A stretch of 64,000 bases of DNA, taken from positions 15,375 through 79,374 of the forward strand of contig SVUJ01000007.1 in assembly GCA_015063305.1 (NCBI GenBank), given 5' to 3'. The position numbers were made by a program, and so were the translations under genes. This stretch comes from Oscillospiraceae bacterium (GTDB taxonomy: Bacteria; Bacillota; Clostridia; Oscillospirales; CAG-272). Under the pieces are notes generated by a model, which saw nothing but the letters and a program-made list of their open reading frames with translations, had not been told where the DNA came from and did no database searches. Positions 27,271-35,037 of this stretch are shown piece after piece (position 1 is the first letter of the stretch; each line of letters starts with the position of its first letter).

Positions 27271-29340
27271 ATGAACAAAATCGATGAAAAATACGAAGCC
27301 CTGTTTACACCGTGGAAAATAGGGAACGTAGAGATCAAAAACCGAATAGTTATGTGTCCTATGGGCGGAACGTCATTATTTGGTTGGTTTGAGCTTGGAG
27401 GCTGTCATTTTGATAAGGAGGCGGCTAAGTTATTCCTTGAAAGGGCAAACAACAATGTAGGTCTTATCATACCCGGAATCGCGCCCCTCAGAGATACTTT
27501 CTGGGGAAAGTGGCTTTGGCAGAATCCTAAAATGTTTGAGGAGCTTAAGGTCTTTATGGACGAGATACATAAGACGGGAGCTAAGCTCTTTGTTCAGCTG
27601 ACGGCAGGTATGGGACGCTCTTGGGCGATAACCGAGCTTGTTGCTCCGCTTCATAAAAATAAATTTACAAGAGCGCTCGTAAAGCCTGTTATCGACACTT
27701 CTCACGAGCTGGCATCTCCCTCGCCCCAGCCCTCTCGTTGGGCGCACGATATCGAGTGCCCCGAGATGACAAAGGAACAGATACACGAGATAATCGAGGC
27801 GTTCGCAAAGACCGCAAAGCTCTGTAAAGAGGCGGGAGTTGACGGCGTTGAGGTTCACGCTGTTCACGAGGGATATCTGCTCGACCAGTTTGCTATAGAA
27901 TTCTTCAACAAGCGTACCGATGAGTACGGCGGAAGCTTTGAGAACCGTTACCGCTTTGCCGCAGAGGTAGTAAAGGCTATCAAGGAGGCGTGCGGCGAGG
28001 ACTATCCCGTGTCGCTCAGATACTCTGTGGAATCCAAGATGAAGGGATTTTGCGAGGGCGCTATGCCCGGTGAGGATTACGTCGAGGTCGGACGTAATAT
28101 GGAAGAGTCCGAGAGGGCGGCTAAATATCTTCAGGATATGGGATACGATATGCTCAATGCCGACAACGGTACATACGACTCCTGGTATTGGGCGCATCCG
28201 CCGATGTATATGCCCGAAAACTGCAACCTTGACGACGTAGCACATATCAAGGAATTTGTTGATATTCCCGTAGTTTGCGCGGGAAGAATGGATGCCGAGG
28301 TCGGCGCTAAGGCGGTTGCCGAGGGCAGGATAGACGCGGTCGGAGTTGCCCGTCAGTTCCTTACCGACCCCGAGTGGATAACAAAGCTTATCGAGGACAG
28401 ACTTGAGGACATCAAGCCCTGTATCTGCTGTCACAGCGGTTGCTTCAATTTCTCGTCCTCAAAGGGACACGCGAATACACAGGATCTTAAGGACACGATG
28501 GGACTTGCGCGCTGCGCGCTCAATCCCGAAACGATGCAGTCGAAGAAATATTATATAGAGCCTGCTAAGAAGCAGAAGAAGATCGCTATCATAGGCGGCG
28601 GTATCGGCGGTATGGAGGCGGCTATCGTCTGCGCGAAACGCGGACACAGCGTAACTCTTTACGAAAAGTCCGACAAGCTCGGCGGAGTGTTCGTTGCGGC
28701 TGCCGCACCTTCCTTCAAGGAGAAGGATAGGGCGCTCATTGCCTGGTATATCCGTGAGCTTTCCAACTACCCCATAGACGTTAAGATGAACACAGAGATC
28801 ACAGACGTAAAGGCGCTTGATGCCGACGAGATAATCGTGGCAACGGGTGCTGTTGCAAAGAGGATCCCCGTTAAGGGGGCGGAAACTGCTGTAGAAGCAG
28901 TGGACTATCTGCTTGGAAATAAGGCGGTCGGCGAGAACGTCGTTGTTATCGGCGGCGGACTTACGGGCTGTGAGATTGCTTACGACCTCTATCTGAACGG
29001 CAAGAAGCCTGTTATCGTTGAGATGCAGGACGACCTTATCACCACTCCCGGAATCTGTCTTGCCAACACCAGCTATCTGCGCGATTTCTTTAAGGCTAAT
29101 AACGTTCCCGTATATCTTGAAACAGGACTTTCGGAGATAAACGACGGAAGCGTTACGCTCAAGGGTAAAGACGGAAACGCATTCTCGGTAAATGCCGACT
29201 CTGTTATCCTCTCGGTTGGTTACAATCCCGCGCCTGTCGCTCCCAAGGGCAGACATATCCACGTGATCGGTGACGCCGCAAAGGTGGGCAATCTCAGAAC
29301 CGTTATATGGGGCGCGTGGGACGTAGCAATGAAACTCTGA
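27271..29340 (+). CDS. enoate-reductase/2,4-dienoyl-CoA-reductase-like flavoenzyme (OYE TIM barrel, 4Fe-4S Cys motif, FAD/NAD(P) domain)
   Basis: N-terminal OYE pattern (VMCPMGG, HAVHEGYLLDQF), CICCHSGC cluster motif, GGGIGGMEAA dinucleotide fold. Confidence 0.88.
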   Translation: MNKIDEKYEALFTPWKIGNVEIKNRIVMCPMGGTSLFGWFELGGCHFDKEAAKLFLERANNNVGLIIPGIAPLRDTFWGKWLWQNPKMFEELKVFMDEIHKTGAKLFVQLTAGMGRSWAITELVAPLHKNKFTRALVKPVIDTSHELASPSPQPSRWAHDIECPEMTKEQIHEIIEAFAKTAKLCKEAGVDGVEVHAVHEGYLLDQFAIEFFNKRTDEYGGSFENRYRFAAEVVKAIKEACGEDYPVSLRYSVESKMKGFCEGAMPGEDYVEVGRNMEESERAAKYLQDMGYDMLNADNGTYDSWYWAHPPMYMPENCNLDDVAHIKEFVDIPVVCAGRMDAEVGAKAVAEGRIDAVGVARQFLTDPEWITKLIEDRLEDIKPCICCHSGCFNFSSSKGHANTQDLKDTMGLARCALNPETMQSKKYYIEPAKKQKKIAIIGGGIGGMEAAIVCAKRGHSVTLYEKSDKLGGVFVAAAAPSFKEKDRALIAWYIRELSNYPIDVKMNTEITDVKALDADEIIVATGAVAKRIPVKGAETAVEAVDYLLGNKAVGENVVVIGGGLTGCEIAYDLYLNGKKPVIVEMQDDLITTPGICLANTSYLRDFFKANNVPVYLETGLSEINDGSVTLKGKDGNAFSVNADSVILSVGYNPAPVAPKGRHIHVIGDAAKVGNLRTVIWGAWDVAMKL

Positions 29341-29343
29341 TGA

Positions 29344-29476
29344 GTTTCATTGCGGTGAAATTGCGGCTTTGCCGCAGTGAAATTCGCCTTCGGCGAGTGA
29401 AATGTTGCTTCGCAACGTGAAATTTGCCCTTTGGGCAAGTTAAGGTGGATTTTCTCCGCCCAACGCGGAGAAAATC
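29344..29476 (+). repeat. array of 5-6 mini-hairpins separated by GTGAAAT (period 20-22 nt)
   Basis: GTGAAAT at 29355, 29377, 29397, 29417. Stems are TGCGGC/GCCGCA, TCGCC/GGCGA, GTTGC/GCAAC, TTGCCC/GGGCAA. Terminal 12-bp hairpin GATTTTCTCCGC/GCGGAGAAAATC. Confidence 0.8.
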
Positions 29477-29504
29477 AAATTTAATTAAAAGAAAGGTATT
29501 TATT

Positions 29505-30779
29505 ATGATACTTACTAAAGAACAGCAAGCTATTCTTGACGGTGAGAAGGGAGAGACACTTGCAAAGGTCATGAAAACGCTCGTAATGTACGGCGATGCC
29601 TTTGAAGCCGAGAAGCTCGTGCCGATCACCTCAAAGTATAATCACCTTGTTACATCGTTTGGACTTAAGGTAATGTCGCCTGTTTACGATCTTATGCAGC
29701 AGCTCCTTGACGCGGGCGTCTGTTCGGATCAGAAATTTTCGGTAGACCCCCGTCCTATCGACAAGAACGTTCCAGCAAATTTCTTGCAGAATCTTGTGTT
29801 TAACAAATTTATGTACACAAAGCAGGGATTCTATGAGGAACAGCTCGAAAAGCTCGGACTTATGGATAAGAACGCTTTTTCCTGCACCTGCTATATGGAC
29901 GAGGTCGGCAACAAGCCGCAAAAGGGAGAGGTGCTCTCTTGGGCAGAGTCGAGCGCGGTGGTTTACGCGAACTCGGTCCTTGGAGCAAGATGTAACCGTA
30001 ATTCGGGAATCATTGATATTATGGGCTCTATCGTTGGATACGTTCCTTACTTCGGACTTCTCACAGATGAGGGAAGAAAAGCTACTTGGGTCGTAAAGGT
30101 ACAGACCACCAAGAAGCCCGAGGCACAGCTTCTCGGCTCTGCTATCGGTATGAAGGTAATGGAGGACGTTCCTTACGTTGTGGGACTTGATGAGTGGATA
30201 GGCAACGAGCTGAACGATTCGGCTTGCGCATATCTTAAGGATTTTGGCGCGGCAACCGCATCTAACGGAGCTGTCGGACTTTACCATATCGCAAACCTCA
30301 CCCCCGAGGCGGCAGAGCTTGGAGAGAGCCTTATCGCAGAGGGAGCGAAGGAGTATATCATTGACGATGCCGAGCTTGAAAGAGTAAAGAACAATTATCC
30401 CGTTATCTGGAAGAACCCTGACGCTACCCCCAAGCTTTGCTTTGTGGGCTGTCCCCATCTTTCGATTGAGCAGCTTAAGGATTGGACAGAAAAAATTGAA
30501 GCCGAGCTTAAAAAGAACGGCAAAAAGAAGGTCACACTCCCCACCGTATTCACCGCCGCTCCCGCGGTTCTCGAAGCATTCGAGAAGACCGAATATGCGG
30601 CAAGACTTAAGGCAACGGGAGTTATCACGTCGTATATCTGTCCGCTTATGTATATGAACAATCCTCTTTGCAAGAAGATGCCTGTTATAACGTCGTCAAA
30701 TAAGCTTCGCACATACACGAGTGCGAGATATTACACCGACGGCGAGATACTTAAAACTATTACGGGAGGTAAAAACTAA
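29505..30779 (+). CDS. aconitase X catalytic (large) subunit, DUF521 family
   Basis: MILTKEQQAILDGEKGE N-terminus is typical of AcnX. About 425 aa. Followed by a swivel-domain gene with an ATGA-type junction. Confidence 0.8.
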   Translation: MILTKEQQAILDGEKGETLAKVMKTLVMYGDAFEAEKLVPITSKYNHLVTSFGLKVMSPVYDLMQQLLDAGVCSDQKFSVDPRPIDKNVPANFLQNLVFNKFMYTKQGFYEEQLEKLGLMDKNAFSCTCYMDEVGNKPQKGEVLSWAESSAVVYANSVLGARCNRNSGIIDIMGSIVGYVPYFGLLTDEGRKATWVVKVQTTKKPEAQLLGSAIGMKVMEDVPYVVGLDEWIGNELNDSACAYLKDFGAATASNGAVGLYHIANLTPEAAELGESLIAEGAKEYIIDDAELERVKNNYPVIWKNPDATPKLCFVGCPHLSIEQLKDWTEKIEAELKKNGKKKVTLPTVFTAAPAVLEAFEKTEYAARLKATGVITSYICPLMYMNNPLCKKMPVITSSNKLRTYTSARYYTDGEILKTITGGKN

Positions 30780-31222
30780 TGAAACAGTTTAAAGGAAGAG
30801 TTGTCACTCCCGGTGAAGTAACCGCAGAGGCGGTCGTTACTACCGAGGGATTTAACACGCTTGCCTCTTTTCAGATGGCGTTGCAGTTTGGCGATAAAGA
30901 GGTAAAATGCGGAGATCAGAGCAATAAGGATATCTACGGAAAGCCATTGCTTGGCAAGGCGCTCTGCCTGCCGCAGACCATCGGCTCTACCACGGGCGGA
31001 CTCGTGCTCTACTGCGCGTGCGCTATGCATAAAAATCCCGCTTGTATGCTCTTTGCAAACCATATAGACTCGCTTGCGGCAGCAGGGGCAGTTCTTGCTG
31101 ACGTTTGGGTGGACGGAGTTACAATGCCCGTTATCGACTCACTTGGCGATGAATTTCTGAACTACGTTAAGGACGGAATGAAGATCACCGTCAAGGCGGA
31201 CGGCGTTATTGAAGTGGAGTAA
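30779..31222 (+). CDS. aconitase X swivel (small) subunit, DUF126 family
   Basis: 147 aa, contains GRVVTPGEVTAEAVVT...GKALCLPQTIGSTTG. Confidence 0.8.
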   Translation: MKQFKGRVVTPGEVTAEAVVTTEGFNTLASFQMALQFGDKEVKCGDQSNKDIYGKPLLGKALCLPQTIGSTTGGLVLYCACAMHKNPACMLFANHIDSLAAAGAVLADVWVDGVTMPVIDSLGDEFLNYVKDGMKITVKADGVIEVE

Positions 31223-31230
31223 ATACAAAC

Positions 31231-31266
31231 AAAAATCCGACTCAATTTTCATTGAGTCGGATTTTT
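31231..31266. terminator. bidirectional terminator
   Basis: AAAAATCCGACTCAAT-TTTC-ATTGAGTCGGATTTTT. Confidence 0.85.
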
Positions 31267-31281
31267 GTTTTAAGTATAAAC

Positions 31282-31746
31282 TTATTTCTTGAGCGAACCG
31301 ATAAATCCGAGAATTCCGTCTACTATGAGAAGGATTCCAACGATGATTATCATGATGTCAAGTGCGTTACCGAACGCGAGCATAAGACCAACGATAACGG
31401 TAAGTATGGGGAAAACGATCTGAAGAGCATTCGCTTTCTTCTGCTTGAATACGTTGATAAGCGCAACGATACCCTTGATAGCTATCATAATACCGAGAAC
31501 GAGCAGAACTATCTTTGCCGCAACCCAGCCAAGCACCAGAATAGCGATACCGATGATAAGGCTGACAGCGCCGCCTGCCCAGTTTTTCTTGATGAGGTCA
31601 AGAGCACCCGATATCACGAAGATTATACCCGCGATAGTCATAGCCCAACCTAATGTCTGGGATTTGAATACAACGAGGAGTACACCCAAGAGGATATACA
31701 AAAGAGAAGAGAAGAGCTCAGAATTTGTTTTCTTTGCTTTTGCCAT
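31282..31746 (-). CDS. HdeD/DUF308 family membrane protein
   Basis: ATG 31746 follows AAAGGAG. 154 aa with repeated GxxxIxxG helices (LLGVLLVVF, IISGALDLI, IIGIAILVLG). Confidence 0.7.
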   Translation of the reverse strand: MAKAKKTNSELFSSLLYILLGVLLVVFKSQTLGWAMTIAGIIFVISGALDLIKKNWAGGAVSLIIGIAILVLGWVAAKIVLLVLGIMIAIKGIVALINVFKQKKANALQIVFPILTVIVGLMLAFGNALDIMIIIVGILLIVDGILGFIGSLKK

Positions 31747-31870
31747 GGTAAAAACTCCTTTCATTTTTATATTTTTTATAATTTTATCATATTTGTGCAA
31801 AGATTTCAATAAGTTTACAAAAAATATAGAAAAATAAATGTAGGAAAAAGCCGAAAAAGCAATAGAGTTG

Positions 31871-31899
31871 TTGACACGACACAGGAAAGAAAGTATAAT
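31871..31899 (+). promoter_or_regulatory. perfect consensus promoter TTGACA-17-TATAAT with ATG codons 7 and 11 nt downstream
   Basis: TTGACA 31871-31876, TATAAT 31894-31899, ATG at 31906 and 31910. Confidence 0.6.
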
Positions 31900-32114
31900 C
31901 TTTGTATGAATGAAGTTATTCAAAAAACAGGATATTACAGACGAAGCGCTTATGATTATACTTGGAGTTCCGAGGGTATTTTTGTCGGTGGTGCTCAAGG
32001 GCTGTGTGGCTTGGGCAAAAGAAAATGATGTAACGCTCATTACGGCAGAGCATATGCAGATAATAAACGATAAGTGTTCAAAGGAAAAAATAAGAAATAA
32101 TAAAAATATAAAGA

Positions 32115-32170
32115 GCAGACCGCAGGTGAGATATGCAAATATTGATCCTGCGGTCTGCATATTTATTTTA
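32115..32170 (+). terminator. hairpin plus T-rich tail closing the 31.9-32.17 kb orphan transcription unit
   Basis: GCAGACCGCAGG (32115-32126) pairs with CCTGCGGTCTGC (32147-32158), followed by ATATTTATTTTA. Confidence 0.55.
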
Positions 32171-32174
32171 AGTA

Positions 32175-32203
32175 TTGACAATTGGGGTGAAACGTGCTAT
32201 AAT
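32175..32203 (+). promoter_or_regulatory. perfect consensus promoter TTGACA-17-TATAAT for tRNA-Pro
   Basis: Positions 32175-32180 and 32198-32203, about 80 nt upstream of the tRNA. Confidence 0.65.
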
Positions 32204-32286
32204 CTTAAAGCCGTCTTGTGGGTGTTTGGTTGCAACAGGAAGCGCAGCGGACAACTGCCAAAAACAATCAATTTAATAAAATTAAT

Positions 32287-32362
32287 CGGGGTGTGGCGCA
32301 GTTGGTAGCGCGCGACGTTTGGGACGTCGATGCCGCAGGTTCGAATCCTGTCACTCCGACCA
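32287..32362 (+). tRNA. tRNA-Pro (anticodon TGG), CCA encoded
   Basis: Manual cloverleaf: acceptor CGGGGTG/CACTCCG, anticodon stem CGACG/CGTCG with loop TTTGGGA, T-arm GCAGG-TTCGAAT-CCTGT. Confidence 0.93.
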
Positions 32363-32363
32363 A

Positions 32364-32402
32364 AAAAGCAAGAGAGAGGCTCGTCCTCTCCCTTGCTTTT
32401 TT
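32364..32402 (+). terminator. rho-independent terminator after tRNA-Pro
   Basis: AAGCAAGAGAGAGG-CTCGT-CCTCTCCCTTGCTT followed by TTTT. Confidence 0.85.
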
Positions 32403-32526
32403 AATTGATGTGTCAATTTGAAGCTGTTTTGCGAAGCAAAATGCAGGTTCGCATTCCCCGCTCGAAGATCGACAAGCTCGCTTGTCAGGCGAAGAGCGTG
32501 GGAATCACGTAGTGAAGCGGAGTTAC

Positions 32527-32542
32527 CCTGTCACTCCGACCA
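32527..32542 (+). repeat. 16-bp direct repeat of the tRNA-Pro 3' end (att-like)
   Basis: CCTGTCACTCCGACCA is identical to 32347-32362. Confidence 0.7.
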
Positions 32543-32695
32543 GTCGGCAGTGCCGACAGCCAATGTCGCTGTTTGTACTGCCGAGCTTTTTTGTTCAATG
32601 TACAATGGTAAAGCATCGTTATGATTATCAATATTACAGGCAGTGCCGTCTCCCAATCTCGGGTGTCGTCACTGCTTCTTCATTTAATTCGCCTG

Positions 32696-32724
32696 TTGAC
32701 TTATAGAGCAAACTGTGATATAAT
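32696..32724 (+). promoter_or_regulatory. promoter TTGACT-17-TATAAT
   Basis: Positions 32696-32701 and 32719-32724, upstream of the lipoprotein gene at 32761. Confidence 0.55.
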
Positions 32725-32760
32725 GAATACGGCATAAACACTAGCAAGGAGACCTTTATT

Positions 32761-34590
32761 ATGAAAAAATTTTTATCTGTCCTACTTTGTGTATGTCTGC
32801 TTTTAGGAGTGTTTGGCTGTGTGCAATCCCCACAGACGCAACCGCAATCCACCGAGCAACAAACACAAGCAACCCAACAGCAAACAGAGTCAACCGAACA
32901 GCCGAGCACCACAGGGCAGAAGGAATTGTATGATGATATAATATCTCAGTACACCGAGCTTCTCACCGCAAAGCACAACGGTCAAGAAATTACCAAGCCT
33001 GATACCGAGAATATGGATGATAGGGAAAGAGCTATTGCAGAGGCGATCTACGGTATTGTAGACGAATGTGAGAGTGTGGAAGCAACCGAAAATCTGGGTT
33101 ACGGCTACAAAGACCTGGATGGCAACGGAGTTCCCGAGCTTATCATTTCGGGTCATCAAATCAGCATTAAGGCGATCTTTACGATTTCAAACAAGCTTCC
33201 CGTTTTGCTTGAAGTAAGCTATCGTACCAACGGTTCTTTTATTTTCGGTGCACAAAATAACCGCTTATTTTTGGTTCGAAACACATTTGCCGATAATATG
33301 CAGGAGGCTACCTTTTACACTTGCCACGTGGAAGGTGACAAAATGATATATGATGCCGTTTACGGCAAGGTCTATGATCAGGAAAAAAAGACTGTCCTTG
33401 AAATTTTCCAAATGGTGGACGGCAATCGCACATCCATTGATGAAGATGTTTTCTTTAATTTGAACAGGGAGTACCAAAAGCTCTGTGAGGCGGGGGGATA
33501 CAGCACGATAGGTAAATTAGCAGCACCCCGTACTCATCTTTTCCTTGAGGACACTGTCACAGACCCGAATTTGCCGATAGCCGATTTTTCCAGCTACGCC
33601 GCTATCCGCAAGACCTATCTCGCGATCTCCGAATGCCTTGATGAATTTGATTCGTACGCTTGGTGCAATGGCGAATATGATAATCTTTTCGCTTTCCCCA
33701 GCGACCGTTCTTTTGAATATTACAATAAGCTTTTGAACATAGCCTACAGTGGCGGTTCTCATATGGGCTATGACGAGGTCGATCTTAATGGCGACGGAGT
33801 GGATGAGCTTGTTCTTATGACAGAGGATTACAGCATAAAAGCGATCTTCACACAAAAGGGCGGAGTTCCTGTGTTGCTGGAGTCGGTTACTTTTGGATAC
33901 CACACCTGTTGGCTGGATGAAGAGGGGCTTATCCACGTAGATCGTGAGGACTACTACGAATTGGAATACAGTCTGTACGAATACACAAAAAGCGGTAAAT
34001 ATAATCTTCTATACTCACTTGGTATTGATAGATACGGTCGATACCTGACAAAGGATGGCAAGACCGAGCCGATCACCTATGAGGATGCGGTGGAATTATA
34101 TGACAGTTACGTCTGTTATTCCGAGTACTTTTCACCCAACGAGCATACCAGAAACGTGTCTGATCTGACATATACGGCTTTGGCTGAAGCAACCGAGGAT
34201 ATTATAGAGGTTGCAACCAATAAGACCTGGCACAAGTATGCAAGCTTAGATGAAACTACGGGCAAGGATTTTGCGCGAAGCAATACCTATATAACCTTTG
34301 AAAACGCAACCGACACACAGATCGAGATGAATGTGAAATATAATTTTATTTTTAGCTATCCTGATCCCGACCGTGAGCACTATCTCTTGGATGACGTAAC
34401 CGAAGCTACCTTGAATTTTACCGTGCGTAAAGAAGATGGCGAATTTGTCTTTGATGGGAATGGTGTAAAGGGAAGAGTGGAGCTTGGTTATAGATATGTG
34501 TGGATCATAATTGAGCAAAGCACAGACGAGCGTTTCGTTGTGGGTAATCATTGCTATTCTTCAAGCTCTTCCGAAAGTATCATACAATGA
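32761..34590 (+). CDS. lipoprotein of unknown function with an internal duplication
   Basis: Signal peptide plus lipobox LLLGVFGC. Q/T-rich linker. Two related modules (GYKDLDGNGVPELIISGHQISIKAIFT... and GYDEVDLNGDGVDELVLMTEDYSIKAIFT...). Confidence 0.7.
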   Translation: MKKFLSVLLCVCLLLGVFGCVQSPQTQPQSTEQQTQATQQQTESTEQPSTTGQKELYDDIISQYTELLTAKHNGQEITKPDTENMDDRERAIAEAIYGIVDECESVEATENLGYGYKDLDGNGVPELIISGHQISIKAIFTISNKLPVLLEVSYRTNGSFIFGAQNNRLFLVRNTFADNMQEATFYTCHVEGDKMIYDAVYGKVYDQEKKTVLEIFQMVDGNRTSIDEDVFFNLNREYQKLCEAGGYSTIGKLAAPRTHLFLEDTVTDPNLPIADFSSYAAIRKTYLAISECLDEFDSYAWCNGEYDNLFAFPSDRSFEYYNKLLNIAYSGGSHMGYDEVDLNGDGVDELVLMTEDYSIKAIFTQKGGVPVLLESVTFGYHTCWLDEEGLIHVDREDYYELEYSLYEYTKSGKYNLLYSLGIDRYGRYLTKDGKTEPITYEDAVELYDSYVCYSEYFSPNEHTRNVSDLTYTALAEATEDIIEVATNKTWHKYASLDETTGKDFARSNTYITFENATDTQIEMNVKYNFIFSYPDPDREHYLLDDVTEATLNFTVRKEDGEFVFDGNGVKGRVELGYRYVWIIIEQSTDERFVVGNHCYSSSSSESIIQ

Positions 34591-34613
34591 TTATTTGAGA
34601 ATTATATAATTTT

Positions 34614-34645
34614 AAGGGCTGACCGAAAACGGTCAGCCCTTTTAT
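34614..34645. terminator. bidirectional terminator
   Basis: AAGGGCTGACC-GAAAAC-GGTCAGCCCTT followed by TTAT. Confidence 0.8.
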
Positions 34646-34655
34646 ATCTTCATAT

Positions 34656-35000
34656 TTAATCAAAAACAGCAGTTTTTTTCTTTCCGTTTTTCTTGGTGGG
34701 ATATTCTCTGATACGTATAACGAAGTCAAGATTGATCGCTTCAAGCTTACCTGCCTTTTCTATAAGTATCGCGCCGTCTGTTACTTCCTTTATTGTGCCA
34801 TCGAATTGATGATCGCTGTCAAAAGCATAAATAAGACACTCTTTTCCAATAAATTTTTTAGCAAGCTCTACCATTTCGGTTTTATCTCCTTTTCTTCTTT
34901 TTTCGATTGTTTTTTTAGCTACCGCCGCTCTTCGGGTGTATAGCAAGATATACAAAACTATGAATAATATAATGATCGGGATATATGTTGATGGATTCAA
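34656..35000 (-). CDS. small N-terminally membrane-anchored protein, unknown function
   Basis: 114 aa with one TM helix (IPIIILFIVLYILLY) and a basic linker. Family not recognised. Confidence 0.5.
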   Translation of the reverse strand: MNPSTYIPIIILFIVLYILLYTRRAAVAKKTIEKRRKGDKTEMVELAKKFIGKECLIYAFDSDHQFDGTIKEVTDGAILIEKAGKLEAINLDFVIRIREYPTKKNGKKKTAVFD

Positions 35001-35037
35001 ACTATCACCTCCATTTAGACTTTATATGTCAGGGAAC

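Noticed and set aside
29344-29476. Possible CRISPR array
   Set aside because: The period is only 20-22 nt, the conserved part is 7 nt, the variable parts are self-complementary stems and not spacers, and no cas genes are present.
31910-32308. 132-aa ORF taken at face value as a gene
   Set aside because: The frame runs through a strong hairpin/T-tail and through the tRNA-Pro promoter into the tRNA itself. At most the first ~65 codons could be real, so it is kept only as a finding.
32418-32706. 68- and 74-aa ORFs, and a possible second tRNA, downstream of tRNA-Pro
   Set aside because: No cloverleaf can be folded. Only a T-arm-like fragment and the 16-nt acceptor-end duplicate are present. The ORFs lack an RBS and cross hairpins.
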